Notes under the pieces: model-generated
What the model was told of the DNA's origin: nothing
The model's database searches: none
The model's input: the letters and a program-made list of their open reading frames with translations, nothing else
Assembly: GCA_973895155.1 (NCBI GenBank)
Contig: OZ316898.1
Location: forward strand, 1,835,927 to 1,899,926
Source of the DNA: Marsupella aquatica
Lineage: Eukaryota > Plantae > Marchantiophyta
Reading direction: 5' to 3'
Length of the DNA stretch: 64,000 bases
Shown: one piece after another, positions 50,864-63,667 of the stretch
How the letters are laid out: the number at the start of each line of letters is the position of its first letter
How positions within the stretch are numbered: the stretch's first letter is position 1
Position numbers and translations under genes: made by a program

Positions 50864-52427
50864 ATGCCTGGGAGGTGACGTGGTTTTTTCGTGACGGGTT
50901 TTTCCAGCGTTCAGTGTCAGTGTTACATTCGGAGTTTCGTCGCATGAAACTCAAATGTGTGTGGCTGAGCGGATAGGTTCGTGCGAGGGCTTTCTAATGG
51001 TGGTTAGAACTCGCTAATCGATATCCGTGGTGCGGAGAAATTGAAGTTTGCATCGTTTAGGGTTTAATTCGTATTCGACGGGTTTTCGGGGGAGAGACCA
51101 GAGTTCGCATTTTTTCAACGGTGTGAGCTATGCAGTGTGGGAGGTGTCGCATGTTGTAGCTCAAGTTGAAGGTTGAAGCGTGCTGGTCGTTTCAGTAGCT
51201 GAGTTACTGCTGAATTGATACCGAGTGCGTCGTGACGAGAGAAGGAGTTCAGGTTTTTTCACAGGCTATGGAGCTTGTTCCCATCTGAACCGGGTTTCTC
51301 TTCGTGATGTCCGACTCGGTGGAAGAAACGCGAAGTGCTATGGCTCAACGGTTTGATCGCGGCGAGGTGGTCGTTTTGAGCCCGGGATTGGCACTTGACG
51401 CGGAGTGAGTGTGACACGACGGAAACTTAACCTCTGCTGTGTGGGCAGAGGCGTCGGTTGAATTTGGCAACTTTTCCCGTCAGTGGTCATCAGTTTTACT
51501 CATGGAATTGGTGGCGGCAAGGTGTGTAACCAACATTTTTTCCCTTAAAACGGCATTTTTTCTGGGTTACTTTAGGGCTAATTTTTTCGATCCAATTTTT
51601 TTTTGCATACTCCCGGCCGGGGCTAAGGCGTACGCAGCCACCCGAGTATCCCCAAGGCGTAGTCCCGGCCTTACGCCCTTTGGGCTTGCCAGTTTATACT
51701 ATATTTTTTGTTTAAGGGCTTAAGCACCCCCTTTAGGGCCATTATTTTGCCTCTTTTTTCCTCCTTATTGGTTTCCCTTTGTGCCGGGACCTGCCGTCCT
51801 CCGCTTTAACTGCTTGGACAGGGGGAACGGCCCCCTGTGAGACCTGTCGGACTATGCAAGAATATTCCCGAAAAACAAAGAGCTGTTTTTTGGCCGTCCG
51901 ACAAAGATTCTGTGTGCCGAACGGTAACTTTTTTGGTTCTTTTTCGGCGAGGTCGTAGCCACTGGAGTTAGCAACACGGCGCACCGATCATATTGCGATT
52001 TTGACGACGGGTTGTACCTGGTATTTTTGTTATTCTCTGAGGTGGTCAAAATGAGGAAGTTTCCCAAGGTTTTACCCACCCCGACCGAATTTTGAATAAC
52101 TTTTCCGTCAAATTATGATTTTGATTTCGGCTTTCAGTATTGGACTCCTAGCTTTGTGGGCTACGCGGCGATGTTGAGTTTTGAGTTTTATGAGAAGTTT
52201 TGAAAAAATATGTTTTTTCGTGATTGTTTCATATGAGTGACTCGGAGAATACTGGAAGACTTTGCATCGGTGAAGCATCAGGATTGCGATGATCAGACGG
52301 AGAGTCTGAGGAGGAGCTGCTATCATTTGAGGAGGAACTAGTATCACCGGTACGATCACCAGTGCGGCGTGCAGTGGAGGAAGCTGTTCTACTACCAGAG
52401 CTATTGGTAGTTGGGAAGAAGAGAGAG

Positions 52428-53930
52428 ATGGCGAGATTTGGAGGAGTGAAGTTTGAGGTGGAGAAGTACAACGGCCGTACTAATTACTTGCTATGGGAGA
52501 AGCAAGTAAAGGGTGTTCTTTGTGCCATGGGCTTAGATCATCTGCTCTCTACGCGAGAGCAGTATGATGGAGAGGAGGAGATTTCTATGAAGCAGTGGAG
52601 ACAGGAGCAGGTGATTGTTGTCAATGCGGTGATGCTTTACCTCAAGCCATATATCATCAAGAAGCTGGATGATTATGCGGATTGCGCATCACTCTTCAAG
52701 GCCCTCAGAGAGAAGTACTATTGGGAAGATGCATCAGACCGGCTGTATAAGAAGTCTCTTGATGAGCCTCAGGCTGAAGGAAGGGAGCAAGCTGCAGGAT
52801 CACTTGGATGAGTTTGACAGCTTGGCGGTGGATCTGTCAAACTTGGGTAAGGGAGTTGAAGATGAGGATAAGGCCTTGCTTCTGCTAAGCTCCTTACCGC
52901 CATCTTATGAGGGCTTGAAATAGGTGCTCTTGTACAAAGATTTGAAGTCCATTTCGTATGATGAGGTGGTGAGCTCTCTACTGTCTGATGATGCTCAGAA
53001 GAAGCTGGGTCTAGCACAGACAGCATCTTCTTCTGGTACTGCGTTGAACGTGAATCATGGAAGACCAGCGCAGCACACGAATGGGCAAAATAGATTTAGA
53101 TCTACGTCAAGGGGGAGATCTAAATCCAAAGGAAAATCGTAAGAGAGGAAGCCTCTTGCATGTTGGAAATGTGGCAAGCCAGGCCACATGAAGAGAGATT
53201 TTTGGGTAAAGGACTCTACCCCATTAGCTAATGCGGCATCTAGCGCACATGAGGTAGATTTACTCAATGATGATATTTTGTGATGCCATTACTTTGCCCT
53301 CAACGTAGTATCACATTAGGGAGATGATGGTTGGATACTAGATTATAGTGCTTGTACCTTTCACATTTGCTATAGGAGAGAGTTTTTCAGACTTTCTTAC
53401 ACGGTTTCCAACGGTTCAGTGTTGATGGGAAATGGAATCCCATGCCAAGTAGTTGGACTTGGATCTGTGAGATTATAGATGTTCGATGGTGTTGTAAGAA
53501 CAGTGCGAAATGTGAGACATATTCCTGACATGATGAAAATCTCATTTCACTTGGAATGTTAGAAGCAAATGGCCATCAGTGGAGTTTTGATAATGATGTC
53601 TTTCAGGTTTCAACCGGTACTAAAGTTGTGTTGAAGGGAAAGAGACATAAAAATTTGTATGTTTTAGAGCAGAGTAGTATGTGATGAAGCCAATGTAACC
53701 TTATCTCACGAGGAGATGGCCCGGCTGTGGCACTTTTGGCTAGGTCACATGAGTGAAAAAGGTTTGGCTGTACTTCTTAAAAGAGGTTTGATTTCTAATT
53801 TGCAGTCTAGTAAGTTAGATTTCTGTGAGCATTGTGTGCTTGGGAAGCAGCACAGGAAACCCTTCGGAGTTGGAACTCACACCAGCAAGGAGATATTTGA
53901 GTATGTACATAGTGATGTGTGGGGACCAGC
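52428..53930 (+). pseudogene. Decayed copia gag-protease-integrase (Tnt1-like), truncated by the CACTA insertion
   Basis: KFEVEKYNGRTNYLLW, EDEDKALLLLSSLPPSYE, CWKCGKPGH, WILD, LWH..LGHMSEKG, CEHCVLGKQ, YVHSDVWGPA, with stops (52921, 53140) and frameshifts. Confidence 0.92.
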
Positions 53931-54786
53931 CACTAGAAGAATCCGAGGTGAACTGAGACCGCAATATATGACTCATTTTGGCTCATGTGACTTCATTGTG
54001 ACTCAACGTGACTTGACCCACGCTGTGACCCTTGGAGTTGCAAAAGTTGAGACCAAAAAATGGAAGTCACTATTGATACTGGGCTTTGCAACTTGCTTGA
54101 TACCCATTTGTGACTGATCTGTGACTTTATTGTGGAGTCTAGCCTTGTTTCGACGTGACTGCAATATGACTTCAGCGAGTCACATCGTAAGTCACATACA
54201 TGACTTACCCGCATTCAACAATGACTAGCGTGTGACTATTTAGTGTCACAGGAGAGACCAATGGAGACCCTGGCCCGCGTCACACAACAGAACCATTTGG
54301 GACTCTATATACTCATGTTTATAACTAATAAGGTTCACATGCAAGTTATAACCATGACTAATGAACACAGAGGGACAATTCATAAGGAGAGAGAGCACTC
54401 GACATTACAATACATAGAAACCTGATGTTCTAACTTTAGAAATATAACACATTGAATACAAGAAATGAACATAGCATGAATGACATCCACATGAAACAAA
54501 GCATCATATAAGCAGATCCTACATAAAACATTCATAAGAATTAAACACAATCACAATCTTGCTAAAAAATGAAGATCATTTGAATTCCCAATGGAATAGT
54601 TTACAATGTGATCAATGTAATTTAGACAAAACAGGAACTCATAATTGATGACTGTAGGATGAGATAACTGAAAGCACATGCATGATACTATGAATCTCCA
54701 AGAGGACATGATTCTTGTACTGCTTCTTGACATCTAAAATCTACATAACATGACTCACACTACAAACAAATAATGGCATGACATTG

Positions 54787-57700
54787 TTATGGATCCTCTA
54801 TGAACTTGCTTGGCCATAATACCAAAGAACCTGCAGCATCTCCAAGTGTCTTTTGAGGAGGATCATCATTTGTGTTTGGAATGGGAAGGACAGCTTTAGG
54901 TTTCACTAGTAATGTGACTAACACTACTGAATAACCTGGGGGAATCCTCTTGCCATGGAACGTTGTGGAACCAACCTGCACTCTGGCAAATCCTACTCGT
55001 GTTCCACTCTCATCAACAGCTAACAAGCCACTTTGTCCCTCAGCATTAGGTGCTTTCCCCACTTCCACCTTAGATCTTTCTGCCAGCACTGTTCTTGGAG
55101 GTTTGTATGAAACCTTTGACGTGGCTCTGCTCCCACCAGCAGACTTGCTTCGTGTGCGCATGCTTCCTCTCTTCACAGTAGTGAAGCTAGGCTCAGTAGG
55201 TTCCTCTGTTAGGACTGTCACAGTAGCAGGTTCATCACCTGGGAGTGTCATACCAACTAACTCTTTGGTTGGATTTATCTCAACAAGAGGCACACCTGTC
55301 ATTGAGAATGATACATTCTGCAAATCATTTATCTCTGCAATGGAGTCAAGATCTACATAGCATGAATCTGGCTCAATGGTATCATTGTCATGCTTGCTGA
55401 TATCCTCATTTGCCCCAACATTGATATCATCCACTCCCTTGCCAATGTCATCCTCATCCAAACATGGTTGACTGCCCTCTGTCAAACAAGTTGCTTGTAC
55501 AGACTGCAACTTTGTTGCCTCTAAATTACAGCGAGTATTTGCCAGGTTCTCATACTTCTTCTCTGTAGCACCTGTCTTATTCTCTATGGACACAATAACC
55601 ACAATATATGTTACTGAAAATAACACATTCAACAAACAATGTCAATTCAAACTATACATTTAATAATCATATCTCACACAGTTGTAAAGGCCTTACCTTC
55701 AAGCCTACATGTCGTTGGCATGCCAGAAGAGTGCATCGACTTTGCCACCTCAAGTGGTGATGGTGGAACTCCTGCAGAATTGGAATCAATTTTATCTCTC
55801 ACCGACACAACAGCTTCCATTAATGTCTTGAAGTTCACATGGAACAAGTCAGTCAATGAATTCAAACGTTCATTGATCTCTGGAAGACATGTTTCGACAG
55901 CCTTCAAACGACCACTTATCTCTGTAAGTGAAGATCCACCTCCCTACATGACACAGGGGTATAGGTTCAATCACTCCATATGAAATGTTGGGCAATATAT
56001 GCACAATCAATGTTATATACAGTGTACACCTGAAATTCAACGCAGGTCATTCAATTACCAATCAGAACTCATATAACTTACATGCTTGGAGGATTCAGAT
56101 GCACCCTCTTGAGCCCGGGTGTTCACAATTTCAGCCCTCAACTCTTCTTTTGAAGGGCTTTGCCCCAATTGGGCTTTCTGCACATGCATGGCAAACACAA
56201 GTTATCGATCAATATTCAGGGAACGTACACTAAAAAACAAAGTTTACATGTATGGGTTTACACTAAAAAATAGTACATAGTGTAGCATAAATTACATAGC
56301 TAGGCCATTCATTCTTACCAAACGTTTAGTTGTCGGTGCAGTGCCGGTCCTTCCTGTCAGATTAGGGTTCTGAACACTCAACCTGGCCTCGGTCATCTAT
56401 GAACTCTTCTTTTTTGAAGCATCTGTTACAAAATAAGCTACTAACCTTGCCCACACTTTATCATCACAACTGGCTGGTGGAGGCATATCTGGCTTCTCCC
56501 CACCTTCCTTCCAAGCCTTATGCATTCTCCACCTCTCTTGCTTGATAATTTTACCTGCTGTACTCTCTAGGCAACCTATGTCCACGCCATCATCACTGCC
56601 CACATAATTCCATTTGGCAGCAACATTTTCACATACAGTCTTCCAATCTTTTGGATGCTGTTTTTTAAAATTAATAACACTCACATCTAACCAACGCAAT
56701 ACTTCAGCTTTCAAATCAGCATGCCATCGGTTCTTGCGAGGACACTCAGCATCCACCCATTGTCTCTCATTCAACTTTACGTTCCCTTTCTTTGTCACCT
56801 CCCCTCGTGCACTGCTCTCGGTAGTACTGGGCGTTGTATTGGCCACCCCTTCATTCACCCTACCTGGGGTTCTGAAGCCACCTGGGAAAATACAATGCCA
56901 TTCATGCTTGAGAACTACATATAGCAGAATGGATGACGGCAACATTCAATGCTTCACTTCAAGAAAAATTCTTCAAACATACATACCTGTAGCTTTGCCT
57001 GTAGATGCCTGTGCAGGGACTGCACTCTGAAATTGTTGCGACCCTGGACCACCTGTCCAGCCTAGTACAGGGGCCGGATGATGTCACTTTCTAGGTATGT
57101 GTGTGCAAACATATGTACTGAAAACTAAGTACAAACTGTAGGAAAACAACTGAACATTCACCGACATACCTGTCCCCCTTCCGTGCTGCATCTGCATAGG
57201 GGCATTAGTGAATACTTGAGTCGATGGTTCGACTGTCCAACCTGCACACATACATTTTCTATCATTATACATGTGCAGAGTCCCCCCCACGTGAATGGAC
57301 TCCACATATAATGAGTTCTTCCATTGCTGACAAGATCAGACATTACCTGCCCCTCTTCCAACGTTTGTAGGTACTGAATTTTGATATCCCTGCCAATTAC
57401 CTTCACCACCTTCCCAACCTTGTTCATTCCACGACCCACCACCATCCTCCCAACCTGGTTCAACCCATGTCTGTCCTTGTGGACATTGGAACTGATCATT
57501 ACTAGCATTTGCCCAATCAGGTTGGGCAGAATCTGCATGCAATGGCAGGTGGACAGAATTTCATGTTGTCTGAATCCAATACATCCCAAACAATGTCAAA
57601 AATTGATATGCAGTCTGAAATTCAGGAGTGCCATGCCTGCACAAAGAACTGGCATATAGATATATACTCACATCCCCATGGTTGAGGTGGACGTCCATAC

Positions 57701-58493
57701 CCACGAGATTGTGGGTTTGGACCTGCTCTGCCTCTACCACGGGCATAACCTAGAGCTTGCCCCCTGCCATAGTATTGGGCACCAGCCTGGGATCTACCAC
57801 TACTACCACCTCGCCAACCTTGATCAGAGGTCAGCCCCCCCTGCTGGTATGGTGCATGCACAGGCTTCGAAGGCAAAACAGAACTGGCAGGACGCTGCAT
57901 CACATCACCAACTACAATGTCAGGAACTAAGCAAGGTACATATGTGTAGTACTGAACATATGAAACCTCTAAACAAGAGTTTTTAACTCAAAACCTTGTT
58001 GGGAAAACTACTTACATGTTTCTTTTGGGGCTGCTCTGCAATGTATTCATCTTCATAACCCCCATCCTCATCCATTTCCTCTGGAAAATACTCATCATCT
58101 GCATCTTCTTGTCTAGTGTCTGCACCCACCTGTGCAGCATCAATGTCATCTCCACATTCTGCCATTGTAGGTACGACCTTCTTGCTCAACTTGTCACTCC
58201 GACGCACAGGCCCAGAGATAGTGTTGGTCACCCTTCTTGCGTACTCCTTTTGTTTCTTTGAAAATGCTGTGGCTCTGCGACATTCCAATATGAGAATACA
58301 GTCACAATTTCAGTGCCACATTGAACTATTCATGTCACACAAACTCAGCGGAGGGGTGTAGTTTAGAATCGTTCCCTTACAATTCAGCCACATCCTTTTC
58401 CAGATCCAGTTCTGCGATTTTGGCTTTCACGTATGCTCGTTGTTCCATAGCTTTCCTTTCATACTCACACATCTCTGTGTCACTCTGTTCCAT
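54787..58493 (-). pseudogene. CACTA TnpA-like multi-exon gene, with one in-frame TAG at 56397-56399
   Basis: N-terminal CEYERKAMEQR; central W..V...W..RW..CDDKVWARLVAYF..GRTG; C-terminal FHGKRIPPGYSVV..LPIPN..TLGDAAGSLVLWP. Splice phases were checked and are consistent from 58493 to 56881. Confidence 0.75.
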
Positions 58494-58649
58494 CCTACTG
58501 GACCACAAAAACATGTCATCTATGGTCACCCCGTATAACACAATGCAACCACAATCACCAGGCATCCATCCATACATCTGTGTTGCTTCAGAATTACTTT
58601 ATTACACATCCTTCCCCTCACTAATGTCCATGCAAACAATTCACATTAC

Positions 58650-61600
58650 TCATGGCACAGGCACACTGTTGGCATCTGCATCTCTGAATTCGCCTCCTTC
58701 AGCAAATGCATCTACCCTTGTCACAGGAATGAAGTCCCCGCTATCATGAACTACAGGCACTTGGTCTGAACGCCGACCATCAAAGGCACTATGAGAGTGT
58801 AAATGAAACTCAAGGTTTGATCCTTCCATCCGACGTTGCCTGGCCTGTTTATGACACACTACACGCCAACCTGGGGAGTCTTCCACATCCAGGAAGAAAG
58901 CTTGCTCCACCTGACTAGGAAACACAAATGGCTCAGACCATTCGGGCAATTTCCCTCTGAAATTGGCCAGCAAGAAACCGTCGTTGTCTCTCTTCATGGT
59001 AGCCCTGTTACCAAGCCAATCCTGCCGCACCCATGAACCTTTCATAAGAATCACAGGACTGGACACTGCCCCATAGTCCAGAGCCCATATGTCAACTAAT
59101 TCTCCCACATATCCCATCTCCATCCAGGCCCTGTCGTGATTGTGGCTCTGTTGCTCAAATACAGTGATGAGCCCGCAGTCATTCGTCACCCTGTAGGCAC
59201 TGTCACCATCCTTCACTCGGAAGTGATTCCCATATGCTCTCATCCGTTTGTAAGTCTTCACTTTCAGGCTAGGGGCATTAGACAGTAGGTAAACATCTGC
59301 ATCCATGTCTGGGTGGGTCTCGTGATGCTCTCTAATTGCCACTCTGATCCACTCCATGAAACCTGGAAAAGTTGTTCCTGCAGTGGGATGGGCCGCCTTC
59401 AATGACTCATACTCCCTGAACGAACAACCACACAGCATTAGCTTGGGTAAACATGAACAGGCCAAAGGAGAAAACCACACGAACACAACATTTAAGCTCA
59501 TGAACTGGATTATAGCACATGTATGCACTCACTGTATCCAGGGTTCCATCACCACAGTGTTGTGCAATACAAAGTCATGTGCCAAGTCTCTCATAGATAT
59601 GGTCAGGTTCTTTGTGGTTGCAGCCCCTTCCAGTACTTCACCTATCACCCCTTCCTCCTCATCAGAATTCCACACCCTGGTCTTCACATGCTCATATTGT
59701 GCTATGTATTCGGTCAGAAATCCCAGAGTCTCATCCTTGATGTAACCTTTAGCCATGCTTGCTTCAGGTTTGCAATATGTTCTCACGTGACCTTTGAGTA
59801 GCTTCATGTACCGTTCCAAAGGGTACAACCAACGAGCACTCACAGGCCCAAATTGGTGTAGCTCTTCCACAACATGGACAAGTAGGTGGGTCATGACATC
59901 AAAAAATGCGGGAGGAAAATAAATCTCCAGGTCACACAGCACCTGAGCGACATCTTCTGTCAGTTGTGGGAAGTGTGTTTCATCCCAAACCTTCACACAA
60001 ATACGACGAAACACATCACTGAGTCGCATGATCACAGTACGAACAGGCTTCTGCAACAGGCCCCTCAGGCATAAAGGCAACACCTGTTGCATCAACATAT
60101 GGTAGTCATGGCTTTTCATACTACCAAGCTTTCTAGTCATGATATGCTTCTTGAAAGCACTGCCATAGTTTGAAGGAACCTTCAAAGAACTCAACCTCTG
60201 CACAAATAGTTCCCACTCTGTGTCTGTCAGAACATAGGGCGCTTGGTACTTCAAGAGCACATCAGCTCTGTGGGCATGTGGCCTCAACCAAAGATGGGGT
60301 TTCATTCCCCTCTATTCAAGATCCAATCTCACTGAACCAGTGTCTTTCTCTCCACACAAGAATCTGAGTAGACTCTCACAAATATTCTTTTCAATGTGCA
60401 TAACATCAATGTTATGTTTGCTTGGCTCAAACTCCTGCATCGTTGCAATGCAAAAGCGTCAGGAAATGCCTCGAGTTTAGTCTCTCTCTTCGAAATGAAT
60501 GCACATGCTCTGAACCAAAACATGTATCCCAATTAGCATCAACTCCAAGAGGCTTACCCTCCAGTACTTGAGCTCCAAGTCCAATATGCTCAGTCTTTTT
60601 ACACCATATCGCTTTATTGGATCACTCACTCCATCTTCCCTGCCCCCTCGTTTGATATAGTCATCCCTCAGTGCTCCCCACTGCCTGATCTCCTCTTTGG
60701 TCACTCGTGCCGGGGGTCCACGTTGCTCAATCTCATTGCCAAAGTGTGCAATCAGTGCCTGTCTTTCTCTGTAAGGGTGATCTGCCTTCAGAAAACGACG
60801 ATGGCCCATGTATATCACTTTCTGCAGGGCTCTGGAGTACTCACTGGTGACATTGCGCCCACAGATAGTACAAGCACAATATCCTTTTGTTGTTTGGCCT
60901 GATATCATCCCATGGGCTGGGTAGTCAGCTATAGTCAGAATGACAATGGCTCTAAGGATGAATGGGTTTAACCTCCCAAGCCTCTGTAGGACATCATATG
61001 TGAGAACTCCTTCCTCCCAAAGCTTTCTCAATTCCTCCACTAGGGGAGCCAGAAACACATCTATGCTGGCAGATACAGCACTGTCTGGCCCTGGTATCAG
61101 TAGGACCATCAGAACAAAAAATTGTTTTGTAGTCATCCAAGGAGGAAGGTTATAATTCAAAGTAGTTACAGGCCAGCACGAAAATTTGTTGTTCTTGTCT
61201 CCAAATGGGTTTACCCCATCCAATGACAGCCCAAGTCTGACATTCCTCGGCTCAGCAGCAAATTCGGGATACATCTCATCTATGAGTTTCCATTGCCTTG
61301 AATCTGCAGCATGTCGTTGTAGCCCATCATCACTTTTCTTGTCAGTTGCCCAAGTCATCATCTCCGAGATGGCACGGCTTCTGAACATCCGCTGAAGTCT
61401 GGGAATGAGTGGAAAATGACGAAGTACCTTGGCGGGAACCATAGACTTTCCTGAGTTCCGATACCTGTGCTTCCCACACTTAGGGCATGTCAACGATTCT
61501 TTATACTCCTTTCTGAAAAGAACATGCCCATCAGGACAGGCATGGATCGAATCATAGTTCAATCCAAGATTAGATATGCATCTTTTTGCCTCGTACATGT

Positions 61601-62380
61601 TCTTGGGCAAAATATTACCATCTAGTAGCACAGTTGTTCGCAAGAATGCCAACAACTCAGAAACCAAAACGTTGGGGACATTTGGTTGCCGCAAATGTTC
61701 AGGAACATGATGACAAATCCCAGTTTAGAACATTTGCTACCGGGGTACAAAGACTTCCTGCCTTCCTGTATTTGCAGGGGAGAGCCAAACATCCCATCAT
61801 GCCCAGGGGTTTCCTGCCCTATCTCAAACTCATCAAGAGGCTCTTCGACAGGGGGCACACTTGCATCTGCAGCCGTATCCTCTTCATTGTCCAGCCCATC
61901 ATGAAATGCATCCAAGTCTTGGAAGATGTCTCTCACCATCTCTTCCACATGAATTCCTTTGTCACGTGGTGCTGCTTGAGCACCATCCCGTTGGAGAGCT
62001 GACAACCCATAGAGACCAGCTACAACATTTTCAAATGCACCAGGCAGAACCTCACTTGCCCGTCTTGCAGCATTGGCAGCATCAAATTCTAACCTCCACT
62101 CCTCGTCGGAAGAATCACCCTCTGCAGGATCATTCCAAACTCGATGTCGTGGATCTCTTCCATGAACCGCGATATGCCGCCAAACCTCATTCAGACCCCT
62201 GGTACGGGATCCTTGGCAGATTGCACAAGGACATCTCATCCTACTGGCTCCTGAAAGTCTGGTTTGTAACCTTTCATGCTGCCAAAGCTTATTATCATGG
62301 CGTGATATCCTTGTGGGATGATGCAAAGGCAGTGCCTGTGCCCTGGGCTGGGTCTGGGGAGGGTGGTGACCAGGGTGCAT
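58650..62380 (-). pseudogene. CACTA TnpD/Tnp2 transposase (frameshift ~61690, in-frame TAG at 60312-60314)
   Basis: RCPCAIC, IHACPDGHVLF, LRHFPLIPRLQRMF, RNVRLGLSLDGVNPF, YNLPPW, ADYPAHG, HNIDVMHIEKN, MKSHDYH, FPPAFFDVMTHLLVH, RWLYPLERYM, EPFVFPSQVEQAFF. Confidence 0.93.
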
Positions 62381-62813
62381 TGTAACAGGCTGGGAGCTCT
62401 GCAGTCATGGACAGCAGTGAACAAGGATGCCTAATGGTGGTATTTGTGTTCCATATATCCCTGACTGTATCTGCCAAAAGAGTTAACATAACGTGTACTA
62501 AATTCTCACAAACCCTAAACCACCCCAAAAGAAAAAAACAGGTTCGCAAGTAGTGTACCTATTGTCAAGTGAATGACACAAAATTCCTAAATGTTGGAGG
62601 GTGTCACCACCTCCTCCGCTGTCCTCAAATGTACCGCCTCTGCATGTACGTTTACAGTGACACCCCCAGGCAGCAGGAAACAACAATCCGCCAACAGTAA
62701 AATAAGCCCAACTGCCACCAACCATAACAAGGTACATTAGTTCAAAGATCACATTTATTTCAATGATCTGATTTATACAAAAAAACTTGTGTCCAAACTG
62801 ATGCTACTACTCC

Positions 62814-63667
62814 TCACTCTGATTCAGAATCGCTAATGACCCATTCCTCACTTGTTGTCTCATAGTCCTCTCTGTAAGGATCCTGACCCTTCCGTGGCCA
62901 GGCCTCAAAAAGATCATAGTCCATTGGGTTTTGACGCTTCCCAGCTGCTACTGATTCCACAAGCCAAGCATATGAAACCACAAACACATTATGGGACATG
63001 ACATAAAAGCGAATGTCTCCCTTCCCAAACTTGCGGCAGGCTTTGGGATATGACTTAGTAATGACATGAGTGGTGTCCTTTGTTATATTCTCCTCCACTG
63101 TCCCACCTAGGTCAAGCACTGTGGACTTGTACACTTTGCACTTAACCTCTCCAATTCCCGCCTCCACAAATACCATGCTCAGCCCTTTCAGAATGGGGGT
63201 TGGTTGCTTCGTCTCCTCAACCAACATACTCTTCAGCCTTGTAGAGCTCTGTCCTTTGTTGAGTACAGGTCCATATTGGAGATCAACAAGCCGTGCCTTT
63301 GCTTCCCAGACTTCTTGTTCAGCCCAAGCTGATGCAGTAGCTTCTTCATCCTCCCACAACTCATATTGCTCAGTATCCTGTACAATCTTATGTGCTATGG
63401 AATCTGTGATCCAAGAGGCCTCAACTACTTTTAGGCCTTGCTTAGTAATTGCAGAATTCATGTAGGACCATGACCACTTCTTTATCACTGATAGCCATGT
63501 CCCTGCAACAACATGTGTAGTCTCTGGAGTGATGTCCTGAACTACAATCGTTTCTGTACAGTTGGCCAATGCACTTTGGTCAACCCATGCTGGCCATGGA
63601 CCAAAATCGCTCTGACCCCTGTAAACACTGCTGGGTGGTCACACTTTCTACGTTTACCAGGCTCCAT
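62814..63667 (-). pseudogene. Tandem BRCT-domain protein, DNA polymerase lambda N-terminus-like, with one frameshift near 63545
   Basis: ATG at 63667 gives MEPGKRRKCDHPAVFTGVRAILVHG..VQKRL. The 251-aa frame continues VVQDITPETTHVV..VVEASWITDSI..YEL, then LKGLSMVFVEAG..LGGTVEENITKDTTHVIT..VVSYAWLVESV..G..YDL. Confidence 0.7.

Noticed and set aside
51518-52083. Possible hAT-like insert in the copia leader (CAAGGTGTGTAA / CGGGGTGGGTAA)
   Set aside because: Only a 9/12 terminal match and no TSD.
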